This document shows, in pieces, positions 1 to 10,355 of a stretch of DNA of 24,000 nucleotides (position 1 is its first letter; each line of letters starts with the position of its first letter). The stretch covers positions 191,874 through 215,873 of the forward strand of contig JAHDQO010000002.1 of the NCBI GenBank assembly GCA_018433765.1. Direction: 5' to 3'. Position numbers and translations under genes: made by a program. This DNA comes from Tissierellales bacterium (GTDB taxonomy: Bacteria; Bacillota; Clostridia; Tissierellales; Sedimentibacteraceae). Under the pieces are notes generated by a model. It searched no databases. It saw only the letters and a program-made list of their open reading frames with translations, and was not told where the DNA came from.

Positions 1-735
1 CATATTATTTCTTTCTGCTGCTAATGATAAACAATATAATGATTTAGAAGTATATCCTGTTTTAACTCCTAATATTCCTTTATATGTTTTAACTAATTTA
101 TTTGTATTTACAAGAACTTGTTCTACATCTTTTTCTTTGCCTACATATATGCTATCTATCCATGTAGTTAAATATGGTCGTAGATATTCATATTTTAATA
201 ATTCTTGTGACATTAAAGCAACATCATAGGCACATGAATAATGGTTATCATCATGAAGACCTGTAACATTTTGAAAATTAGTGTTTGTCATTCCTAACTT
301 TACAGCTTTCTTGTTCATTTGTGAAACAAATTCTTCTTCACTGCCTGCAACATGTTCAGCCATAGCCAGTGCAGCATCATTAGAAGATCTAATACATATT
401 GCCTTTATTAAATTCTCTACAGTTTGAATTTCATTAGCTTCTAGGTATACTTGGCTTCCTCCCATACCTGATGCGTTTTCTGATACAACTACTTCGTCTT
501 TTAAAGTTAACTCTCCATTTTCTATTTTTTCAGAAACTAGAACTAAAAGCATTATTTTAGTTATACTAGCTGGATAGAGTTTTTCTTTACTATCTTTTTC
601 AAATAAGATTCTTCCATCTTCAGAATTTATTAATATAACTGATTTAGATGTAAAACTATCTTGTTCCATACCGAAGCAGCTTAGACTATTAATAATTAAT
701 ATAAAAATAATAAATATAGTTATTTTTTTACTCAT
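1..735 (-). CDS. dacF: D-alanyl-D-alanine carboxypeptidase (DacF/PBP5-type), 3' end truncated by window edge
   Basis: Not in the ORF track because it runs off the edge. Reverse-strand translation from ATG 735, with AGGAGG at 741-746, gives an N-terminal hydrophobic signal, then YPASITKIM (SxxK), IRSSNDAALAM (SxN) and GVKTGYT (KTG). Confidence 0.92.
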   Translation of the reverse strand, partial: MSKKITIFIIFILIINSLSCFGMEQDSFTSKSVILINSEDGRILFEKDSKEKLYPASITKIMLLVLVSEKIENGELTLKDEVVVSENASGMGGSQVYLEANEIQTVENLIKAICIRSSNDAALAMAEHVAGSEEEFVSQMNKKAVKLGMTNTNFQNVTGLHDDNHYSCAYDVALMSQELLKYEYLRPYLTTWIDSIYVGKEKDVEQVLVNTNKLVKTYKGILGVKTGYTSKSLYCLSLAAERNNM

Positions 736-784
736 AAAAACCTCCTTTATGAGTTATGATAACCACATTTTTTCTATATATTCA

Positions 785-2113
785 TTATTTATACTCTTTA
801 AAACCATTATCATCTACTATTCCATATATAAGTTTCTTATTAATATTTATATTTGTATCTATTTCAAATGCTGAAAGGATAATTTTTGTTATACTATCTA
901 TATTTTCTTTTTTATTTGTATGAATTTCGGCTATGCAATCGTCTTTTGATACTTCTTCATTTGTTTTTTTATATAAAACAACACCTGTACTGTGCTGAAT
1001 ATTGTCTTCCTTTTTTTCTCTTCCAGCACCTGCTAACAGAGCAGCTTTGCCTATTTTTTCAGCATCTATATTTTGAATATTTCCAGATTTAATTGAGTTG
1101 ATTTTTGTTATATATTTACATTTATCAAATAAACAATAATCTTTAATTATTTTTGCATTTCCATGCTGAAGATTTATAAATGTTTCAAAATACCTTAATG
1201 CTTTCCCAGAATTTATTGAATTTTCAGCTTTTTTTAATCCTTCGTCCATATTGCAAACAACACCTGTCATATGAAAGATGTTTGCAGCCAAAAATAAACA
1301 CAAATGTGTAAAATCATTTGGTCCATTACCTTTTAACGTTTCAACAGCTTCAATAACTTCCAAAGAATTTCCTACGGCTCTTCCTAACGGTTCATACATA
1401 TTAGTAATGACCGCTCTTACTTTTTTATTAAAAGCGTCTCCAATTGCTACCATTGTTTTAGATAGTACTACAGCATCTTGTAAATTCTTCATAAAAGCAC
1501 CGTTTCCAACTTTTACATCTAATAGTATATAATCAGCACCTGAAGCAATTTTTTTTGACATAATACTACTAGCTATAAGTTGTATATTATCTACAGTAGC
1601 AGTAACATCTCTTAATGAATATAATTTTTTATCTGCTGGTACTAAATTAGATGTTTGTCCGCATATAACAAATCCATTCTTATTAATAATTTCTTTTATT
1701 TTTTTTTCACTCAAATTTATTTGAAACCCTTCAATTGATTCTAGTTTATCTAAGGTTCCTCCTGTATGTCCAAGGCCTCTTCCAGACATTTTAGATATTT
1801 TTAATCCATTTGAAGCTAAGATTGGAAGAAGTACTAAAGATGTTTTATCACCAACTCCACCAGTGCTGTGTTTATCAACTTTAATACCTTGAATATCAGA
1901 AATATCAACTGTATCTCCAGAATTAATCATTGCTTCTGTTAATAAAATAGTTTCATTCATGTTTAACTTATTAAACCATATTGACATTAAAAGTGACGAA
2001 ACTTGATAGTCTGGTATACTCTTATTAACATATCCATTTATAAAAAAATTAATTTCTTCTTTTGTTAATTCTTTCCCTAATTTCTTTTTTGTTATAATAT
2101 CATACATTAACAT
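785..2113 (-). CDS. pdp: Pyrimidine-nucleoside phosphorylase
   Basis: 442-aa ORF with KVDKHSTGGVGDKTSL and KMSGRGLGHTGGTLDKLESI, typical of pyrimidine/thymidine phosphorylases; adjacent to deoB and dacF as in Bacillus/Clostridium. Confidence 0.95.
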   Translation of the reverse strand: MLMYDIITKKKLGKELTKEEINFFINGYVNKSIPDYQVSSLLMSIWFNKLNMNETILLTEAMINSGDTVDISDIQGIKVDKHSTGGVGDKTSLVLLPILASNGLKISKMSGRGLGHTGGTLDKLESIEGFQINLSEKKIKEIINKNGFVICGQTSNLVPADKKLYSLRDVTATVDNIQLIASSIMSKKIASGADYILLDVKVGNGAFMKNLQDAVVLSKTMVAIGDAFNKKVRAVITNMYEPLGRAVGNSLEVIEAVETLKGNGPNDFTHLCLFLAANIFHMTGVVCNMDEGLKKAENSINSGKALRYFETFINLQHGNAKIIKDYCLFDKCKYITKINSIKSGNIQNIDAEKIGKAALLAGAGREKKEDNIQHSTGVVLYKKTNEEVSKDDCIAEIHTNKKENIDSITKIILSAFEIDTNININKKLIYGIVDDNGFKEYK

Positions 2114-2117
2114 ATTA

Positions 2118-3290
2118 TCACCTTAATATTTTATCTTTCACACTATATCCTGATAAATCATTATCTATATCAAATATATCCAATATTGTTTTTCCAATGC
2201 ATGCATAAGTTTCTAATGTACCTAAATTATTTGATTTTTTGATATTATTTCCATAAATGATTAAAGGAATATATTCTCTTGAGTGATCAGTGCTTTCTGT
2301 AGTAGGATCACAACCATGATCAGCAGTTATTATTAATATGTCATTATCATCTAATGAACTGATTATTTCAGGTAATTTTGAGTCAAAGTATTTTAAAGCT
2401 TCAGAATAACCAATAACGTCATTTCTATGTCCATATAACATATCAAAATCAACTAAATTGGTAAAAATTAAACCATCAAATTTTTTATTAATAGCCTTTA
2501 TAGTTTCTTCAATTCCATCAGCATTATTTTTAGTGTGTATAGATTCTGAAATTCCTTTATTAGAAAAAATATCGCTAATTTTTCCAACAGCTAGAACATG
2601 TTTACCATTATTTTTTAGATAATCTAACATCGTATCTTTAAAAGGCTTAACTGAAAAATCTTTTCTATTTTCAGTTCTTTTAAAATTACCTTCTGTACCA
2701 ATAAAAGGACGAGCTATTACTCTACCTACATTATAATCATCTATTAGCATATCTCTTGCAATTTGACATATTGAATACAATTCTTTAACAGATATAACAT
2801 CTTCATGAGCAGCTATTTGAAAAACACTATCCGCAGACGTATATACAATTGGACTACCAGTATTTATATGTTCTACACCTAAATCTTTTATTATTTCTGT
2901 GCCAGATGCTACTATATTACCTAATATTTTTCGACCTATTTTGTCTTCAAATTGTCTAATTAATTTTTGAGGAAATCCATTTGGAAAAACCGGAAAGGGA
3001 TTATCTAATATTAAACCGCTTATTTCCCAATGTCCAGTTGTAGTATCTTTTCCTTTTGATTTTTCTGCACATCTAGCTATAGTAGCATTATATTGATCTG
3101 ACTTCTTAATTTCTGATAATCCTTCTATATTAGTAATTCCTAATTTTTCCAAATTAGGAAGTGAGAATTGTTTTACAGATTTGTATATATTTTTTAAGGT
3201 ATTGCTTCCAACATCATTATACTCTATAGCATCAGGAAGTTCTCCAATACCTAAACTATCTAAAACTATTATAATAACTCTATTTTTCAT
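2118..3290 (-). CDS. deoB: Phosphopentomutase
   Basis: ORF track start is 3302, but GGAGG lies inside that extension and ATG 3290 (MKNRVIIIVLDSLGIGELPDA) fits better. TTGHWE, ITADHGCDPT and STDHSREYIPL are alkaline-phosphatase-superfamily/DeoB signatures. Confidence 0.93.
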   Translation of the reverse strand: MKNRVIIIVLDSLGIGELPDAIEYNDVGSNTLKNIYKSVKQFSLPNLEKLGITNIEGLSEIKKSDQYNATIARCAEKSKGKDTTTGHWEISGLILDNPFPVFPNGFPQKLIRQFEDKIGRKILGNIVASGTEIIKDLGVEHINTGSPIVYTSADSVFQIAAHEDVISVKELYSICQIARDMLIDDYNVGRVIARPFIGTEGNFKRTENRKDFSVKPFKDTMLDYLKNNGKHVLAVGKISDIFSNKGISESIHTKNNADGIEETIKAINKKFDGLIFTNLVDFDMLYGHRNDVIGYSEALKYFDSKLPEIISSLDDNDILIITADHGCDPTTESTDHSREYIPLIIYGNNIKKSNNLGTLETYACIGKTILDIFDIDNDLSGYSVKDKILR

Positions 3291-3302
3291 TTCTACCTCC
3301 AT

Positions 3303-4178
3303 TTAAGCTCGTGGATGAGTTTTTTTAAATACATCTATAGATTTATTTTTAATATTTCCCAAATAAATTTGAGTAGCAGTTATGTTTTTGTGTCCTAACA
3401 GTTTCTGCACTGAAATTAAATCAGCTCCATTGTTTAATAAGTGAACAGCAAAAGAATTTCTTAAAATTTGAGGAGATAATTCTTTACCAATATCTAATTT
3501 TTTTTGGTAAAATTTAAGTATCTTCCATATGCCTTGTCTCGTTATAGGATGTCCGTTAAAATTTATGAAAACATATTGACTTTCCTTAGGCGCTTTTTGA
3601 CTCCTATAATTATTTAAGTAATGTTTAATTCTTTCTTCAGCAATTTTGCCTAACGGTATAATTCTTTCCTTTTTGCCATCTATATATACAAATGAAGCAC
3701 TAAAGTTTATATCTTTAATTTCTAATTTTATTAATTCACTTACTTTAATACCAGAAGAATAAAACAATTCTAAAATTGCACCATCTCTAGAACCCTTAAA
3801 GCTATTTTCATCTGGCAGATTCAATAAACTATTGATTTGTTCAATAGTTAATATTTCAGGTATTTTTTTAATTTGCTTAGGACTGTGAATTGCTATTACA
3901 GGATTGTTTGCTATTACTTTATTATTAATCAAAAAATTAAAAAAGATTTTAAGTGAAGATATATTTCTAGAAATAGTTGCAGTGCTTTTGCCCTCTTTTT
4001 GTAAATTAACTAAATAAGTTAATATCATTCCCTTTGTAGTTTGTTCTATTAATATATCATATTCTTTTTTTAAATAATCAATAAATTTTTTTATATCTAT
4101 TAAATAAGAACTTACTGAATTACTAGAAAAATCTTTACTAACTAAATATTTATTAAAATCATTAATATAATTATCCAT
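3303..4178 (-). CDS. xerD: Tyrosine recombinase, XerD-type
   Basis: Core-binding SAM-like domain plus catalytic domain with NSFAVHLLNNGADLISVQKLLGHKNITATQIY. Track start is 4232; ATG 4178 (MDNYINDFNKYL) overlaps the spoIIM stop and is preceded by GGTGGG. Symbol assigned from family and the spoIIM-xerD-deoB synteny. Confidence 0.82.
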   Translation of the reverse strand: MDNYINDFNKYLVSKDFSSNSVSSYLIDIKKFIDYLKKEYDILIEQTTKGMILTYLVNLQKEGKSTATISRNISSLKIFFNFLINNKVIANNPVIAIHSPKQIKKIPEILTIEQINSLLNLPDENSFKGSRDGAILELFYSSGIKVSELIKLEIKDINFSASFVYIDGKKERIIPLGKIAEERIKHYLNNYRSQKAPKESQYVFINFNGHPITRQGIWKILKFYQKKLDIGKELSPQILRNSFAVHLLNNGADLISVQKLLGHKNITATQIYLGNIKNKSIDVFKKTHPRA

Positions 4179-4819
4179 TATCCCACCAGCATTTTGAATA
4201 AAATAGTTAAATAACCGCAATAAATTAAACAATATAATATTACAATAAATATATAAATTATTGTCAGTTTAATATAACTATTTGTTATTATATCAAATTT
4301 ATATGATTTAGTCTCTATTATTTTATTTTTTTTAATATAATTTGATATAGATATTGATATAAAAGAATAGTGTACTAAAAAAGGAAAATAAAAAATGTAA
4401 TCGGGTAAAGTAAAAATTAAATATAGTTTATCAGTTTGCAAAATTTTAACACAATATATTATAGATAATCCCCAAAATGTTGATATTATCATAAATAATG
4501 AATAAATTAATTTATTGTAACCTAATAAAGCAATTATAAATATAAGAATCAAAGATAAAATATTGCGAGTAAATACATTCATAAAAATTGAGAAAAAAGG
4601 TAAGCTTTTAATAGCTGTATAGTCTATATTTATTAATCTACCATGCTGAGTAATATAGTATATTATAGATGAAAATAATAAAGATATAATTAATACAATC
4701 ATTAAAAAAATTAAATTTTTTTTCTGTGAACTTGTTACTTTTCTAATTACTTTGTACACAAATAAAAACCTCCTGTACAGCTTAATATATTTTATGCTTG
4801 TACAGGAGTAATATGACAT
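4178..4819 (-). CDS. spoIIM: Stage II sporulation protein M-like membrane protein; actual start may be internal
   Basis: 213-aa multi-pass hydrophobic protein upstream of the xerD-like gene, a position shared with spoIIM in Bacillus; sequence itself is divergent. Confidence 0.72.
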   Translation of the reverse strand: MSYYSCTSIKYIKLYRRFLFVYKVIRKVTSSQKKNLIFLMIVLIISLLFSSIIYYITQHGRLINIDYTAIKSLPFFSIFMNVFTRNILSLILIFIIALLGYNKLIYSLFMIISTFWGLSIIYCVKILQTDKLYLIFTLPDYIFYFPFLVHYSFISISISNYIKKNKIIETKSYKFDIITNSYIKLTIIYIFIVILYCLIYCGYLTILFKMLVG

Positions 4820-5344
4820 TTATATCTGAAAATAACTTAGGATGCCTATAATGGTTTTACTATCAATTATTTTACCTGATTTAATCATTTCTCTTGCATC
4901 ATCCAAATTGACAAATAGCAATTCAATGAATTCATCCTCATCAGGTTCTGCACCAGTTTCAATTAGATCTGTTGCTTTATATAAATAAATCTTTTCAGTA
5001 CAAAATCCTGGAGAAGTATAAAATTGGCATATTTTTTCTATATTCTTTGCTTCAAATCCTGTTTCCTCTTTTAGCTCTCTTTTAGCACAATCAATGCTCT
5101 TTTCATTGCTTTCTATTTTTCCAGCAGGTAATTCCAATAAGAAATCTTCTGCAGCTTTTCTAAATTGCTTAACCAATATTATTTCATTATTATCAGTTAC
5201 AGCTAAAATTGCCACTGCTCCATTATGTTCAATAATTTCTCTTTTTTTGTATTTCTTATTTGGTAATTCAACTGTGTCAACTCTTAGTTTTAATATTTTC
5301 CCCTCAAATATTTTTTCACTGTTTAATGTTATTTCATTATTCAA
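4820..5344 (-). CDS. nudF: NUDIX hydrolase, ADP-ribose pyrophosphatase
   Basis: NUDIX box GKIESNEKSIDCAKRELKEETGF; 174 aa; C-terminal EFIELLFV and tail typical of ADP-ribose pyrophosphatases. Confidence 0.88.
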   Translation of the reverse strand: MNNEITLNSEKIFEGKILKLRVDTVELPNKKYKKREIIEHNGAVAILAVTDNNEIILVKQFRKAAEDFLLELPAGKIESNEKSIDCAKRELKEETGFEAKNIEKICQFYTSPGFCTEKIYLYKATDLIETGAEPDEDEFIELLFVNLDDAREMIKSGKIIDSKTIIGILSYFQI

Positions 5345-5355
5345 AAAACTTCCTC

Positions 5356-6165
5356 CTATGAAATTTTTTGTTCGAGCCTCAATTTATCTGATATCATTGC
5401 TATAAATTCACTATTTGTGGGTTTTCCCTTATTGTTGTGTATAGTGTAACCAAATATTTCGTTTATTGTTTCAATTCTACCTCTATTCCAAGCAACTTCT
5501 ATTGCATGTCTTATAGCTCTTTCAACTCTACTAGGTGTAGTTCCATATTTTTTTGCAATACTAGGATAAAGTTCTTTTGTTATAGCACCAAGCAATTCAA
5601 TGTTATTAATTACATCTAATATTGATGTCCTTAGATATTGATAACCTTTTATATGTGCAGGAACCCCAACTTCATGAAGTATTTCTGTTATTTTAGATTC
5701 TAATGTATATTCTGTACGAACTTTTTCATTGATTGTCATTTCTTTATTCTTCACAAAAATACCAGAAGACTCAAAACCTGCTATTTGCATTAATCTTTCT
5801 GCAAAAGAATCAAAATTAAAAGGTTTTACAACATAATAATCAACACCCATATGAATGGCTTTTTGAGTTATTTTATCATGACCCACTGCTGATAGGACTA
5901 CAACTTTAGGAAATTTTCTAAGATTCATTTTATGCATCTTTTCTAAAACTCCTAGTCCATCTAAATGAGGCATGATAATATCAAGTATCAAAATATCTGG
6001 TTCCAGTTTCTCAATTTTTTCAATGGCTTTTAATCCATCATCAGCCATTCCTGCAACTTCAAATACTTTTTTACTTGATAGAAAGTCTTTGAGAATCACC
6101 CTAAAATCTCTGTTATCATCTGCTATTACAATTTTTACCTTATTCTTCAAAAATAATCCCCCCAT
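5356..6165 (-). CDS. spo0A: Sporulation transcription factor Spo0A
   Basis: N-terminal receiver domain ([24 protein letters not shown]) and C-terminal SpoA DNA-binding domain ([30 protein letters not shown]); downstream of spoIVB as expected. Confidence 0.97.
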   Translation of the reverse strand: MGGLFLKNKVKIVIADDNRDFRVILKDFLSSKKVFEVAGMADDGLKAIEKIEKLEPDILILDIIMPHLDGLGVLEKMHKMNLRKFPKVVVLSAVGHDKITQKAIHMGVDYYVVKPFNFDSFAERLMQIAGFESSGIFVKNKEMTINEKVRTEYTLESKITEILHEVGVPAHIKGYQYLRTSILDVINNIELLGAITKELYPSIAKKYGTTPSRVERAIRHAIEVAWNRGRIETINEIFGYTIHNNKGKPTNSEFIAMISDKLRLEQKIS

Positions 6166-6237
6166 TCCAAATTTTTCTATATTATCTATCTTTATATTCG
6201 CTTTAAATATAAAATTCCCTTTATTTTTTTTATTTTT

Positions 6238-7338
6238 TTAAATATCGGACGACTTATTATAATTTTCATCAAATAACCATTCAATATAAATTCCATATCC
6301 CTTATTAGGATCATTTGTAAAAACATGTGTAACTGAACCAACTAACTTGTTATCTTGAATTATTGGACAACCACTCATTCCTTGTATTATACCATTAGTA
6401 TAATTTAGCAATTGTTTATCTGTGATCTTAATAACCATACTTTTAGAAGACGGTTTATATTGCTTATATAACTTAGTTATTTCAATATCATATTCCTTAA
6501 CTTCACCATCTATAGAAGCATATATGCTTGCTGGTCCAGTGTGTATTTCATTTCTATTGCCAACCTCAATTAAATCCTTGGAAAAAAAATCAATCTTTGC
6601 ATCGTTAACTTTTCCAAAAATTCCATATTTCGTATTCTTCTCTACATTTCCTAATGCACCACCTTCTTTCATTATATAACCTATAATTTCTCCTGGTTCA
6701 CCTTTTTTTCCTACTTTAATATTTGTTACTTGTGCTTTAGATATTATACCTGCATCAACATCAATTAATTTGCCTGTATCTGTATCAGTAATTCCGTGTG
6801 CTATAGCACCAAAGTCATATGTTTGTGGATTAATATATGTCATAGTACCTATTCCAGCAATGTTATCTCTAGCCCAAAAACCAAATTTAATATCATCAGT
6901 TTTATAGCTTTCTACAGGTGTCATTTTGATTTTTATTTCCTGATTATTTCTATCAATTGTAAATAAATATTCTTTAACTTTATTTTTATTTGCATAATAA
7001 ATTATATCACTAGTTTTATTCACCGGTTCATTATCAATAGCAATAACTTTATCACCAATTTTAATTCCTGATTTTTTAGCTGGTGAAGTTGTTACTTTTT
7101 CATTTGTAACTATATCAGCTAATCCTACAACTAATACTCCTTTAGTTTTTAATTCTACACCTATAGTTTGACCTCCAGGTATAATATATTGAGCATAATT
7201 GCTTACTTTCTCATTATTGTCAGATTTAGATAAAAGGTTTAATGGATTTATAGTATTGGTGAGAGTATATGTTTTAACTCCTAAAATAATAGAGAGCAAT
7301 AAAATAAAGAGTAAAACAGATTTGTTATATCTTTTCAT
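6238..7338 (-). CDS. spoIVB: SpoIVB serine peptidase
   Basis: N-terminal TM, PDZ-like segment (KKSGIKIGDKVIAIDNEPV) and C-terminal peptidase motif GIIQGMSGCPIIQDNKLVGSVTHVF; located between recN and spo0A. Confidence 0.95.
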   Translation of the reverse strand: MKRYNKSVLLFILLLSIILGVKTYTLTNTINPLNLLSKSDNNEKVSNYAQYIIPGGQTIGVELKTKGVLVVGLADIVTNEKVTTSPAKKSGIKIGDKVIAIDNEPVNKTSDIIYYANKNKVKEYLFTIDRNNQEIKIKMTPVESYKTDDIKFGFWARDNIAGIGTMTYINPQTYDFGAIAHGITDTDTGKLIDVDAGIISKAQVTNIKVGKKGEPGEIIGYIMKEGGALGNVEKNTKYGIFGKVNDAKIDFFSKDLIEVGNRNEIHTGPASIYASIDGEVKEYDIEITKLYKQYKPSSKSMVIKITDKQLLNYTNGIIQGMSGCPIIQDNKLVGSVTHVFTNDPNKGYGIYIEWLFDENYNKSSDI

Positions 7339-7392
7339 CAGATTCTCCTTTAAGTTTTACTCTTAATTTTTCCTCTATATAAATAAATTATT

Positions 7393-9084
7393 CTAAATTT
7401 TGTTACTAAAATCTATCAATTCCTTTGCGTTATTTATGGACTTTTCTGTAATATTCATTCCGCTTAAAAGTCTTGCAATTTCTTGTGTTCTTTCATCATC
7501 TTCAAGTTTTTTTATAATGCTATAAGTGCTATTTTTACTTATATTTTTCTCAATTAGTAAATGTTTATCTGCAAAAGATGCTACTTGTGGTGAATGAGTA
7601 ACACAAATTACTTGATGATTATCAGAAATATATTTCATTTTAATACCAGCCATTTGAGAAGTTTTGCCACTTATTCCAGTATCAATCTCATCAAATACTA
7701 TAGTTGGTATTAAATCAATGTCTGACATAATTTTTTTAAAAGCTAACATTAGTCGAGAAGCTTCTCCGCCAGAAACAATTTTTTGAACAGAATCTAAATC
7801 ACTTCCTACATTAGTAGATATTAAAAATTCTATGTCATCTTTTCCTTCCTCAGTAAAATCTTCTGTAGAATCAATACTTACTTTAAAATTTACATTTTTC
7901 ATATTTAAATCATTTAACTCTTGAATAATATTCTTTTCTAGTAAATGAGCAGATTTTTTTCTAATGTCGGTTAACTTGTTAGAAGATAATTTTAGCTTTT
8001 TATATACTGCATCAATTTCTTTATTTAATTTAGCTATATTTAAATCAATATCCAATAAAAATTTGAGTTCATTAGCACAATTCTCTTTATATTCTTCAAT
8101 TTTTTCAAAAGTATAACCATATTTTCTTTTCATTCTATTAATCAAAGAAATTCTTTCTTCAATTAAATTAATACTTTCTTTGTCAACTTGCAAACTTTCA
8201 GTATAATTTAAAATATTAAACAATAATTCTTGAATATTGTCTATTATAATATCTAATTTAGAATTATTAATAGAGAGTTCTTCATCGTAATCTTTTATCT
8301 TAGTTAAAATCTTTGATGAAGCTATAATATTATTTATGGCAGAAGTATCTGAATCATTAATAAATACAACTACCTTTTCTAAACTATTTTTTATTTCTTT
8401 TATATTAGATAGTTTTTTAATTTGTTTTAGTAATGAATCTTCTTCTCCATTTTTAATATTTGCTGAATTAATTTCATCAAGTTCATATTTTAGTTGTTCA
8501 ATTCTACTTTCTTTATTTTCAAAGCTATTATGTAGTTCATCAATCTCTTTTATAAGTTTTTTATAATATTTATATGTATCTTTATATTTTTTCTTAATTT
8601 CTAAAACTTCTTCAAACATCAAATTATCAAGAATTTTAATGTGATTTTCTTTTTTTAACAATGATTGATGTCCAAATTGACCATGTATATTAATTAAGTA
8701 AGAAGATACTATTTTTAAATTGTTCAAAGTAATCATTCTATTATTTATTCTTGAAATACTTTTTCCAGTGCTTAAAAGTTCTCTTGATATAATTAATAAA
8801 TTATCTTCATCTATCTCAAAACCATTTTTTATGAGTAATTCAATTAATCTATCATTTTTAGTAATATCAAAAACAGCTTCTACTATAGCTTTAGTTTGTC
8901 CTTTTCTTATAAGGTTTCTATTTGCTCTCATACCAAGCAATAATAAAACAGATTCAATTATAATAGATTTTCCTGAACCTGTTTCTCCTGTAATGATATT
9001 TAATCCTTTATGAAAATTAATATTTCCTGTTTCAAAAACAGCAAGATTATTTATACTTAAACTTAAAAGCATAATATCACCCAT
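7393..9084 (-). CDS. recN: DNA repair protein RecN; start may be ATG 9072
   Basis: Walker A GLNIITGETGSGKSIII, signature SGGEASRLMLAFK, Walker B PTIVFDEIDTGISG, VCVTHSPQVASFADKH. Confidence 0.97.
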   Translation of the reverse strand: MGDIMLLSLSINNLAVFETGNINFHKGLNIITGETGSGKSIIIESVLLLLGMRANRNLIRKGQTKAIVEAVFDITKNDRLIELLIKNGFEIDEDNLLIISRELLSTGKSISRINNRMITLNNLKIVSSYLINIHGQFGHQSLLKKENHIKILDNLMFEEVLEIKKKYKDTYKYYKKLIKEIDELHNSFENKESRIEQLKYELDEINSANIKNGEEDSLLKQIKKLSNIKEIKNSLEKVVVFINDSDTSAINNIIASSKILTKIKDYDEELSINNSKLDIIIDNIQELLFNILNYTESLQVDKESINLIEERISLINRMKRKYGYTFEKIEEYKENCANELKFLLDIDLNIAKLNKEIDAVYKKLKLSSNKLTDIRKKSAHLLEKNIIQELNDLNMKNVNFKVSIDSTEDFTEEGKDDIEFLISTNVGSDLDSVQKIVSGGEASRLMLAFKKIMSDIDLIPTIVFDEIDTGISGKTSQMAGIKMKYISDNHQVICVTHSPQVASFADKHLLIEKNISKNSTYSIIKKLEDDERTQEIARLLSGMNITEKSINNAKELIDFSNKI

Positions 9085-9536
9085 TAACGAATATTTTTTT
9101 TAAATTCATTTAAAACACTTTCAATACAATCTAAATCTCTTATCGCAACAAATACTGTATCATCACCTGCTAAGGTTCCCACTATATCATTAACTCCCAT
9201 ATAGTCTATTGCAGAAGCACATATCTGAGCTGCTCCTGGTATAGTTCTAATAACTATAACATTTAGAGCATTATCTATAGAAACTACTGAATTTTCAAAA
9301 ATTTTATTTAATCTATCTGTAATACCTTCTTGGCTTTGACTAATTGTAGCATATCTATATTTTCCACTTTTAGCCATTACTTTAACAAGTCTAAGTTCTT
9401 TTATGTCTCTAGATATAGTTGCTTGTGTTACGTCTATACCCATAGCTTTTAAACCATCTGCTAACTCTTCTTGAGTTTCTATTTCTTTTCTAGTAATTAG
9501 TTCTAAAATTTTAGATTGCCTTGTGTATTTTTTCAT
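9084..9536 (-). CDS. argR: Arginine repressor
   Basis: 150 aa with RQSKILELITRKEIETQEELADGLKAMGIDVTQATISRDIKELRLVK and C-terminal GTVAGDDT-type motif (GTLAGDDTVFVAIRD). Confidence 0.96.
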   Translation of the reverse strand: MKKYTRQSKILELITRKEIETQEELADGLKAMGIDVTQATISRDIKELRLVKVMAKSGKYRYATISQSQEGITDRLNKIFENSVVSIDNALNVIVIRTIPGAAQICASAIDYMGVNDIVGTLAGDDTVFVAIRDLDCIESVLNEFKKNIR

Positions 9537-9551
9537 TATTTCACCTCATTA

Positions 9552-10355
9552 TTATAATGAATTAAAGGATTCATTTACTACATCTTGAAATAAATTATAA
9601 ACTCCAATTTTATCAATAAATTTATTTTTTATTAATGCTAAATATTCTATATTTCCTTCTGCTCCTTTTATTGGAGAATAGGTTAATTTATCTATATACA
9701 TATTATTTTGCATACAATATTGCAAAATATTATTTAGCACCTCTAAATGTACTTCTTTATTTTTTACTACTCCTTTTTTTCCTACTTTATCTCTACCAGC
9801 TTCAAACTGAGGTTTAATTAAAGTAATTATTGTAGTATCATCATTAGAAATTTCTCTTACTTTTGGTAGAATATTTTTTAAAGAAATAAATGAAACATCT
9901 ATAACAACAACATCTATCTGTTCTTTAAATATACTTGAATCTATATATCTAAAATTTGTTCTTTCAAGCACTGTTACTTTATCATTATTTCTTAATTTCC
10001 AATCTAATTGTCCATATCCAACATCAATAGAATAAACCTTTTTAGCCCCGTTTTGAATCAAGCAATCTGTAAATCCTCCTGTTGAAGCGCCAATATCAAC
10101 AGCTGTACTATTAAGAATATTTATATCAAAACATTTTAATGCTTTTTCAAGCTTATATCCGCCTCTTCCTACATACTTTAGCATATTCCCTTTTAACGTA
10201 ATAGCAGAATTTACATCAACTTTAGTTCCGGGCTTGTCAACTCTTACATTATCAATAAATACATTTCCAGCCATTACTAAACGTTTTGCCTTTTCTCTAC
10301 TTTCAGCCATTCCTTTGTTATACATTAAAACATCTATTCTTTCTTTTTCAGACAT
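9552..10355 (-). CDS. tlyA: TlyA family rRNA (cytidine-2'-O)-methyltransferase / S4-domain protein (YqxC)
   Basis: S4 domain at N-terminus, then VDIGASTGGFTDCLIQNGAKKVYSIDVGYGQLDWKLR; ATG directly follows the oapA TAA with AGAGGAG overlapping the oapA end. Confidence 0.93.
   Translation of the reverse strand: MSEKERIDVLMYNKGMAESREKAKRLVMAGNVFIDNVRVDKPGTKVDVNSAITLKGNMLKYVGRGGYKLEKALKCFDINILNSTAVDIGASTGGFTDCLIQNGAKKVYSIDVGYGQLDWKLRNNDKVTVLERTNFRYIDSSIFKEQIDVVVIDVSFISLKNILPKVREISNDDTTIITLIKPQFEAGRDKVGKKGVVKNKEVHLEVLNNILQYCMQNNMYIDKLTYSPIKGAEGNIEYLALIKNKFIDKIGVYNLFQDVVNESFNSL

Noticed and set aside
3303-4178. Tyrosine recombinase as evidence of a mobile element or integron
   Set aside because: It is in the conserved spoIIM-xerD-deoB chromosomal context, with no attachment repeats, transposase or cargo; best explained as housekeeping XerD.
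6238-7338. GMSGCPI instead of GMSGSPI in SpoIVB as a possible catalytic loss
   Set aside because: The likely catalytic serine (first S in GMSG) is intact; the S-to-C change is at a neighbouring position and is unlikely to inactivate the protease.
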